Below, in pieces: positions 54,881 to 64,000 of a stretch of 64,000 nucleotides of DNA; position 1 is the first letter of the stretch, and each line of letters begins with the position of its first letter. This stretch comes from Takakia lepidozioides (Eukaryota > Plantae > Bryophyta). Below the pieces are notes generated by a model. The model ran no database searches. It saw only the letters and a program-made list of their open reading frames with translations, and was not told where the DNA came from. The stretch is from NCBI GenBank assembly GCA_030704615.1, contig CM060733.1, positions 27,652,001 to 27,716,000 of the forward strand. The letters are read 5' to 3'. The position numbers were made by a program, and so were the translations under genes.

Positions 54881-56055
54881 TGTGCTCTGCTACTGTGGGT
54901 AGTCATTACTGTTGCAGGCTATCAGTAATCTGCTCAAGTTGTATGTGAAAGCTTTGTAGGAAGGACTACAGAGAACTACAACAGCTCATTGAATCATCTA
55001 AGATTCATGATGTAGGATCACGAGTTCATGTTGCACAACAAAGGTGACCCATCTCTTCATTTCTTGCTTGCAAAACCGGTGAATCACACTAGAGCTGCTT
55101 TGCAATGTTCACCTAGCTGCTACGGTCCACCCAAACAAATTGCCACTCTTGCTCAAGAGAAACTTGTGCTCAAGATCATACAAATCATTAATAGTGAAAT
55201 CAATTAGTTACTAAGGCTTTGGATAGATCACTCATCATGCCTCTGGCATATGCATGTCTAGCATTTTGAGAACTTTGCCCGACCTCGTAGAAGTTAACTT
55301 CTTGAATTCATGGATCATTTCAATTATCGTTGTTTGGTAAACTCCCCGACTGTTCGATGTCATGAATAGCTAGACACCAGACCTAAAACTACACAAGCTC
55401 CATGATACTACAATGCAGCTTGACTATTAGATCCATAATGGGCGGGCGGCCGATCGATCGAGATTTGTGGGTGATCCCAATCTACCGGGCGAATTCGCCG
55501 TTTTGCTAGGTTGCAGCAAATTCCCAAATGTGTACAAGGAATCTATTTTGGCATCGGTGTAGCCTCGAATGTAGCCCCAACATCGGTGTAGCCTCGAATA
55601 AAGGTCGCCGTGCATCTCTGTCGTTTAATCACAGCATTTCACCTTGGAAAGTTTCGATATCTAGCTTAAGTGTCAACCGCCTCAATATACCATACATGTA
55701 TGTTGAGAGCAGGTCGGGCCACCTCACGCCGGAAATCTTATCCTTGAGATCAATGTCCTTGTACGCAAGCAGATTTGAGCTAAAAGCCCGTAGACTCACT
55801 TCTACAACTCTGACTATGGTTACATGTTTCACAGGAGGCTCGCTCAGGCCAACATTTTAGAGTGACTAATGCTGTACAACTAGGTATTCAGAAACTAGAA
55901 ATTTCTGGACAGGGTTCCCTAGCAATGAAGATTTCAGGTGGTCGATCAGAACTAGCTACCGGTACTCGGATTCGTCTCCTCCCCATCGATCCTCTTTTCA
56001 CAGTGCATCAATTCAGACATGTGGTGTAGGCTATTAAGGGCAGTGCAGGTGTTAA

Positions 56056-57233
56056 TTATAACCAAGGAAGGCGTTCCTTACGAAACCAGTAGTCTTGGTG
56101 CAATTCTGCATAAAATAGTTTGTCGTAAATGGTGCTAGTGACGTCTAGTATGGTGGTATTAGGCAACTGGAATTGTTCAAGGGGGATTGTAAGTTGGTCC
56201 TCTATTTCCTGATAGTTGTAGACATAGCTGAAATTCCCCACGACCAGGAGGTTCCGCAGAAGATCTCTCTTCCATTGCAGCTTCGAAACAAGCTTGACTT
56301 CCACCAACACGTTCTCCACCTTGTGATCAGAGAGCAGGGTGTGTGCACCATGTATAACTTCTTCCTCGTAACCCTCTGTGTCAATCTTCATGAGGATGAT
56401 TTCCCCATCGACGACAGTGTCCAGCTGAATCACTTCAACCTCTCCAAGATGACGCCTCCTGATGAAGTTGAGTGCCCATGTGCCTGTTTCAGTGTACAAG
56501 GCTGACGCACGCGTCGACCCAGGAGCTTTTGGGTACAATGTCACAAGGCTGCCCAGCTCATGTAGAGCCACTGATGCTTGCAGGTAGCGTATGGCTTTCA
56601 AGTTGGGCTCGAAGGCAGCTACCCGGCAACCGTAAGCTGCTGCTATGAGTGAGAAGTATCCAACATGTGCGCCCCCATCTACCACAAGGGCTTCACCATC
56701 GCTGCAGCGCCCATTGCCCAGAATGTAGTGGAAGATGATTGTCTCAACAGGTGACCAGTACCCCAAACTTCGGATCTTTTCACAAATGTCACAATTGCAG
56801 TTGCTGCAAACGAACATGGAGAACGTTGGCTTGCAGGCTTTAGTGGTTATGAGGTGTATGATTGGGTTTCCGTCTGCCAAGGCTGCAGTGAGTAGCTTGC
56901 TAAGCGAGCCAGCTCCCTGCTTGTCTCTGCTGGGAAGCAATCCTCGCTCGTCGGTGACCTTACTGCAACGTTCGATGCGCACAAAATACCTATGATCAAA
57001 ACAAGGAGTTCAGAGATGATCGGAGAACTGAATTTAAGGAAAACAAACTGAGCTCACCACCGGCATAAGGTGGTCAACGGAAAACTTATCATGTCAGCAG
57101 TCTCTACTACCCATGACGTCAGCATGATACATGTCATATGCAGATAATAACTGGGATGCCGGAACTTTGGAGCTTACTGAAACACAAGAAACCATAGGAC
57201 GATCAACACCAGGCACACAGCAGCTACTTTCAT
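56056..57233 (-). CDS. FkbM-family (Methyltransf_21) SAM-dependent methyltransferase; predicted exon 1 (57233-57058) has an in-frame TAA at codon 20, exon 2 56989-56056
   Basis: LVVDGGAHVGYFSL, VAAFEPN, VIQLD, LMKIDTEGYEEEVIHGA, VLVEV are FkbM hallmarks; hydrophobic leader MKVAAVCLVLIVLWFLVFQ; 68-nt GT-AG intron 57057-56990 joins in frame. Confidence 0.85.
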
Positions 57234-58442
57234 GTTTCAGCACCTCAACTGCGGCGTCACGGGACATCTGTGCAGCCTGCGATTAATCCCCTGTCTGTCT
57301 GAGGCAAGAAACATATGGACGCATCGGCCTTTTCCTATGATTACAGAGTCAAGTCTATCTAGATATTAATTAGCCAAACCAACACATCATGGAAGCCTTC
57401 ATGTTCCACTTTTGAAACTTCCTTCTGTACATAACACTCTGTCTTCAAAACAGACGTCCAGGCTAGCTCCTGTGATCATATATATATGTACAGACAATTG
57501 ATGTAGAAACACTTCGGAACCCGGTGGAACAAAGTCACTCAATGCTTCGTGGAAGATTTCTGTAAAGTTCTCCACCTTGCCTCATGTAACACCTTACCAG
57601 TGCTCATCGGAGGGGCTGGGAAGTCTGGAGTGCTGGATCAAAATCACAAATCCGATATGCCTTCACATGTACAAGCCAGGAGGAGAAAAGCTTCCAGGCT
57701 TCACTCTAGTCTTTTTAACTGCCATTACAGTTATCAAACGCCCAGACTGTTCATTGAAGGCTGTCTAGAAGATAACAGGAAGATAACAGGAAGATAACCC
57801 AGCACAAGTTTGGCTTGGCCAGCCTGTTAGCGTGTGGTTCTCCGTTCGAAGTCTCATAATGCTGCCGGTTTCCAAGTAGGGGTGTGCCAAAACTGCAATT
57901 GATTGAAGTCTTAGAAACATATTTAGCGCTAAAGTTCTCTGCTAATTTTGTCGAGCGAGGAAACATCCTCCTAAAAAACACGATCAGACGAACTTCAGAT
58001 GAAGTTCGGAATGTGGATGTTACTTAAGTCATATATGGGGGATGCGGCGGAGCGCTGCATCTCTATGGAGCACGAGCTATGGCTTCGGGATCAGCGGCTG
58101 ACCAGTTAGTGCACTATCTCCTCCCTTTCTGTGATCCACTGGTCAACAACATCTACAGTGCAAAGATTTAATCGGAATATTGGGAGCAGTGCAAGTGATT
58201 TTCTTTGGAGCTCGACTGAAAGATAATTGTCTTCAGGGACATTTCTTCGACATTTTTCTGTTCCTGAACGCTAAAGTCTGGAGATGAAGATACTCGTGGC
58301 TCTTTACAAATCTACCACACAGAGCAGTCAATGCGTGAATATAAGTGATATGTTATTGGAATGGTTGGTAAGATTTTGGCTCGGTTTTGGAGTGGACCTT
58401 CAAGCAGGAAGGCCCTCATATACAGTCACCTTCACCAGCTGA

Positions 58443-58723
58443 AAAAACGTGGCAAACCCAGGCCTTGGAAACTCAAGGCTTTGGCTATGGATATTGATCC
58501 GAGTGCCGGAGGCAGACAAGACGAACAGAGGAGGGTGCGCGAGAGTATGAGAATTTTTTGGAGGAGCTGGAGGATCGAGGATCCATCAAAAACCAGTGCT
58601 CTTTGGAGGGATCCTGCTTACAGGGAGCAATCAGAGACTGGATCTATGACTGATGGAGAAGAGCCACCATCGGTGCCCTTGGAGGAGCTTCTGGCAGACC
58701 TTAGAATAGAAGAGGATATATAG
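58443..58723 (+). pseudogene. NMD3: 3' fragment of 60S ribosomal export protein NMD3 (frameshifted)
   Basis: KKRGKPRPWKLKAL...EYENFLEELE (other frame)...LWRDPAY...SMTDGEEPPSVPLEELLADL matches the plant NMD3 C-terminus; no upstream NMD3 domain visible. Confidence 0.8.
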
Positions 58724-60808
58724 TAGGGCTGGATCTGAGTTTGGGGGACTATATGGATGGATTGAGATTGTCTTCTTGAGCTGAAGTTTTCACAGTTTTT
58801 GGCCGGAATGGATCCACTTTAGAGTTGTGAGGAAGAGGAGAACGTACTACTGACTCCCGAGAATGACAGCACTTGAGTCACAGGCTGGATTGAATGAGAC
58901 AGCTTGAAGTATATTAACGTAGCTGAAGTCGACTTTTCGGAGTTTTCACTTCCGGGATGAAGATGATTCCTGTGAGGATGGTTTCTGCTCCCTGTTGCCT
59001 TCTCAACTTCTTTTCCAATCGTAGGCTGAAACCACTTGCTACTTGAAGTTTACTCAAGAAGCACTATCCGGAGTTTTGAGAGTTTTCCGTTTTCGGATGA
59101 AGGACGAAGTGTTGAGCAGTCCCGTGGTACGAAACACATGGCATTTCTCTGTGTATGTTTTGTGGAGCACTACGGACACTGTCACACACTTGTACCTCTC
59201 ACAACAGGTCTGCCAATTTGGGCTTTGTGTATTTACTCTCATCTTTTGTATACATTTGGGCATGCGTCTCCTCTGTTGAGAGAGAGTCTGATAAATCTGG
59301 AATGTATGCTACCAAGTGAGCAAAGCAATGCATCTTTTCATGACTGGAGAGGTTCCAGCTGTTTTGAGTGTCCTTCTGTGTAGATGAAGGGTAATCAGGC
59401 AGAAATTGATAGGTAATTAAGTAGCTGTCTCGCTCACACTTTCTGGCACGCTGCAAAGGGATTTTACTTTCCAGTAAGTTAAGAACTTTGAGTTTTGTGA
59501 TCACAACGGCAACTTTCTGTACCGAGAATCCTACCAAGATGACGGAGATGAACGATTTTAAAGTGGCTGGTTTGTCATTGTCTAGGTGACAAACACTATT
59601 GTCTAGATGGATCTCCATTCAATGAATAGGAGGCCAGTGCATGAGCTGGCAATTGAACAAAGGGCCCCTGGTTCCATGGATGTTCTTTGGCGTGCACAAT
59701 GCAAGTTATTGCCCATGATTGCAGCATTCTTGATAAAATTGCTCTCTCTTTGTCTCTCTCACATACACACTAAGGAATAGCAACTCTGCTCAACGATTTT
59801 TTGATGGTTTAGACCACTGGAAGAAGCTGCCTCTGACACCAGAACTTCCAAGTATGACTTGATGCAATACTTTAGGTCATCGGCACATGGGTGCATCTTT
59901 CTGAAGTCTGTTGCTAATTTATGCAGCAGTAAAATGATATGAGGCTTGTCTGGTTTCTAATATGCCCACACACTACTGTACTCACAATTCAGTGGTCTGA
60001 CTAAATTCTGCTTCATCCATGCATGGTTAGTTAGTGCATTCAGTAAGCCATCTGTTCAAGCAACGTTTTCCTTGGCAACCCTGTTTACAAAAGCTGCATA
60101 TAGCTACCAAGTTTGCCGTGCTACTTACTAATGCAGTCTACACAACATAGAATGATCTGAGCAGCTTGTTAGGCCCACAAAGAAGAGATACAGTCGAGGA
60201 CAATGTCACTGAAACACATCTTTCGCGTCAATCTCATATATTCCAATAAAGTCTGCTGACAGTCCCAGCAATCAACCTTGGAACCATCCAAGGCAGAAGA
60301 GAAGGTGATTGCATAGCTCGTTGTGGTCACTACCAATCTGTAGCACTGCTTGAAAAGACAGAAGAATTTGACTTACTGACAAAAAGTTGGATGATTCGAG
60401 ACAGGAGATACGAAACAGAACAGTATCTGACAAATGGAATGAAACATGAAGTAGTACCCGATAGGAACTGCATATAGTAAACTTACAAATCTGACACACG
60501 ACAGAGCATCCAAACCACTGGAGTAAACAAACAGACTCGGAATCCAGGTGGCCTTTAAAGCTCTTGCATGTTGAGCTTCACTCTGTTCTGCCCGGCTTTT
60601 CCCTATACATGACCACCTCTGTTAACCCTGTAATCACTACCTTGCCCTGTCTGGACCGACACCCTACTTGCCACTAATCATCAAGAATTTGTAACAAGGG
60701 AAACTGCAGAACTTCGAACTTGATGTGCGCCTTCCCATATGTATCATCCTCACATGCAGTGCATGTTCTTGCAAACTGTAGTCTCCCTTGGTAGCCACCT
60801 AGCACTGC

Positions 60809-62885
60809 TTAGTCCTTCTTTGATGACTTGTTAATGAGGGACTTATGGATATGTGGAATAACACCCCCTCCAGCAATGGTACCCTTTATCAAAGTGTCAA
60901 GCTCTTCGTCTCCCCGAATTGCCAGCTGAAGATGTCGTGGTGTGATGCGCTTCACTTTGAGATCTTTGCTAGCATTGCCAGCAAGCTCCAACACCTCAGC
61001 AGTGAGGTATTCCAGGATGGCTGCTGAATAGACGGCAGCAGTTGCTCCCACTCTTCCATTGGCTGCCACCCGTGACTTCAGTAGCCGGTGGATACGCCCC
61101 ACTGGAAACTGCACAGCTCATAACAAATGAGACAGCATTAAACAGGAGATTGCACCTGTCAATCAGGCACATGTGCTAGGGTGCACCAAATGAAACAGGC
61201 TTGTTGACTGTTGGCATTATTGATCCAATGTAACACAAACCACGACGTCACCTCTCAAGTCTTTGTACCTTGCTAGCAGGTGAATTAGTCCCCAGGAAAG
61301 TTGTATCAATACCCCAGAAGGTTTTGGTTTCTTGAGTCTGAAAATCCTTAGGTTGGTTCTGGTCTTGTGGATCTAAAAAAGGGAGCTCCTTACTTTAGCA
61401 CCAATCTCATGTAAGGATTTTAAGGTAAGTCCCACTCTTGGAATGAACCTTCCACCTCTGTTTGGCACCCCTGGTGCTCTCATTCCCTCAACTGTTGCTG
61501 CTCTGTCTCTCTCTGACATTGACACCACAGGAAAGAAGGCAGAAAAGTTCCACCAGATAAAGAAGTTGAAGAAAGCACACCAAGGTACAACTAGGGTACA
61601 TTGGTGTAAAATCAGCTCTGTGAGTTGGTCCACAAATTAGCAGAACCTAAGAACATTGTTAGACTCCAGGCTCTACTACACAGATCATTCTTCGATCACT
61701 CTCAGATTACTCAGCGCATATGCCCTAATCATCCTTCAGACCAATAAATCCACTCCTTTGGCTATCTTCTGATTCACTCTTCCTAACCCCCTACCGAATA
61801 CACAATTTCGTTCGTGCTCGGCTTAAGATTTTTATCCTCTATAACACTCACATCCACTCTTCCATGGCTCTCTCCCCCTCCAACCTTTCAGCCTCTCGAT
61901 TCTTCCTCCATATTCAATATCTCTCTCTTTAGTATATTGTCTGGGATATTCTCACCAGAGAGTGACCCTCTTCAGGACAAACATTGTCCTGCACCAACTT
62001 TCAAAATCTTGAGGCTGAGCCTAAAGCCCTGGCCCTCTTGGGGTCTCATTGCTGGGCGGCTCACACGCAGCAACTCAATGCTTTTGTGAAGGCTTTCTAT
62101 AGGATATCATCCAGAACTCATTTTCTCTGTCAGGGTAACTCACACTGCCAGAGTGAGCCCCTCACAAAGGTAGTTTCTGTTCAGTTTTATTCCGCCCGGA
62201 GTGTATGGCCACAAGGCTACGGCAAACAACGACTTAGAGTGCTTTCTTTGGTAAAGCTCGTTCTCTATACCCCATATTGCCCGCTTGCATACGTTCCTTA
62301 CACACAACCCTCCTCTCTTTTGGGGACCAGAGCGGACGTTATCAGATCTCTTTCTTTCTTTCTTTCTTTCTTTCTTTCCTTCTCTCTATCTCTGGAAACC
62401 CTGTGTGAAGTCGCTAATGTTAATGCCAATTGCGCAGACCTCTCTCTGCCAGAGCTCGGTTTCCGGCACCCATCATGGACGTCCAGAGGGAACATGAGAC
62501 GGGCTGTTTGAGACCCGGGCCTGCCCACGCAACAACCAGGGCGTGCCATTCATCCTGAAAGCCGCACCTGCTGTTGCAGGAGGACAATCCACGGGCACTC
62601 TGCGGAGTACCGGCATTCACTGGCTAACACCTCTGCGGCAACGGGCAAGGGCCCAGCGTGATGAACGAAAATGGGGCCATACGCTCAAAGAAAAACATGG
62701 ACAATGGGGAGGCTTGGAGAGAGAGAGAGAGAGAAGGGGGGGGGTGAAGGGAAGAATACCTGCAGACCAGCACGAGAGGACCTTGAAATGGGTTTCTTCT
62801 TGTCCTTCTTGTCGTTGCTGTCCGTGGACTTCCCTAGAAGCAGTCCTTTAGCGCCTTTGCCCGACTGGTTACCTCCCACCACCAT
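60809..62885 (-). CDS. H2A.Z: Histone H2A.Z variant; exons 62885-62760 and 61108-60809 (141 aa)
   Basis: [14 protein letters not shown]|[92 protein letters not shown]. Confidence 0.97.
61948..62237 (+). mobile_element. 3' fragment of the RTEX-like LINE in the H2A.Z intron
   Basis: [16 protein letters not shown]...WAAHTQQL...EPLTKVVSV...TGGCCACAAGGCTACGGCAAACAACGAC matches the family. Confidence 0.82.
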
Positions 62886-63504
62886 TTTGCCTACCTTGCA
62901 ATTCTAAGCACACTCGTAATGCTGATATTGGGATGAATGCGCCGAGAAACAGGACCCCTGAGACACGGGAATGGCTGTGGTGAGAAAATATTAGCCCAGA
63001 ACAGAGAAAGGAAGATGTTTTGGGGCAAAGTCAGAGAAGAAAGCGCCGAAGGAAGCAGAAGAAAAACCGCAAACAGGACAAGAATATGGGTTAACAGGAG
63101 TACGTTCACTTACTTTACAATAGTCACCGCTGGGGAAAGAGGGGAGAGGAGAGACACCGCCAATTTCCAAGACATCAACAAGGGCGACCAGAAAGGAGGC
63201 GAAAATGCATACAGGGAGGCCCCGCACAGACAAGTTACACACCCGAGACAAACAGAGAGGGATGGGTGCACCAGCAACGGCAAAATAGGGCTCTGGGAGT
63301 GAACCCAAGAGAGCGACAAGATATGAAAACGAGATATAGTCGGGACCAAGCACAAGATATGTAGAGACACCAGACAAGTGAGCGACAAACAGGGAAGCCT
63401 TAAGAGACCAAGCCACAGCAGAATGGTACTCCCCAAGAAAAAAGGCAGGAAGAATATCCACAAAAAGCGGGGGAAAACAGTCAATGGAAGAGAGACAAAC
63501 CGAC

Positions 63505-63529
63505 GAGAGAGAGAGAGAGAGAGAGAGAG
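63505..63529. repeat. (GA)n microsatellite in the H2A.Z leader/intron region
   Basis: Directly visible; similar tracts at ~10487, ~29777, ~30840, ~39080. Confidence 0.8.
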
Positions 63530-64000
63530 AAGCACAAGAGATCAACAACCCTCCTGCACACACACGCACACACACCCCGTCCCAACAACGCAGCAAGAAC
63601 CCAGTTCCCTTCGAATCCAGAGATGTGCAGCACCTCAGATTCGCAACTTGGGACGCGATCTCTGCCGCAGACACCGAGATGAGCGAGAGATCGTGCGCGG
63701 GCTTGGTTTAACGGAAGACGGCCTTGAGCGACCCCTTGATACTTTTCACCTGCCCTCCCTTCCTTCTTTCTATTCTTTGCCTGCTGCCCCCTCTTCTGGT
63801 CAAATTATCTACATAGATGCCAAATTCCACCCGGAACCAGTAACCCAATACTGCCCATTCCACCTGGAACTGTAGTGGTAACCCCAAGAGAACTACATAG
63901 TGCTTGTGCATGGTGGAATCCAATCTGGAACCATTTGGTAAAGTTACCACTCCGTTCTGCATGGAATCCGGGCTTGCATAAGGATTATCTAGTTGTTTCC

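Noticed and set aside
55427-55860. Short minus-strand ORF remnants and a 19-bp direct repeat (CATCGGTGTAGCCTCGAAT)
   Set aside because: Could be exons of a decayed gene, but no identifiable homology.
62991-63875. ORFs of 141-227 aa upstream of H2A.Z
   Set aside because: Low-complexity, microsatellite-driven frames in the 5' leader/intron.

Overview
Intron-containing nuclear DNA from a land plant, most likely a non-seed plant (bryophyte-like; inferred from the DYW-PPR, Tcn1-like Ty3/gypsy and RTEX-like LINE content). Six apparently intact host genes: LOG2/LUL-type RING E3 (+), senescence-associated chloroplast protein AAF/SPA15/OSA15 (-), ARID-HMG box protein (+), ethanolamine-phosphate cytidylyltransferase PECT1 (-), RMA-type RING E3 (+) and histone H2A.Z (-). 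Degenerate genes: a shattered PLS-DYW PPR pseudogene, a signal-anchored class I SAM methyltransferase pseudogene, an FkbM-family methyltransferase with an early stop in its predicted first exon, and an NMD3 3' fragment. Mobile elements: a 3'-truncated Ty3/gypsy, a full-length decayed Ty1/copia with TSD, many 3' fragments of one LINE family and tRNA-derived SINEs. The most unusual structure is a ~3.2 kb non-coding cluster (44.5-47.8 kb) of nested long inverted repeats built from copies of one gene-like fragment; its mismatches are biased to G-U on the + strand, suggesting a transcribed polycistronic hairpin/small-RNA locus. Other highlights: a Tf1-type self-priming signature and a -1 frameshift signal in the gypsy element, a candidate conserved uORF upstream of the RMA gene, and co-oriented bacteria-like methyltransferase genes. 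All alignments and counts were done by eye, and exon boundaries are manual.
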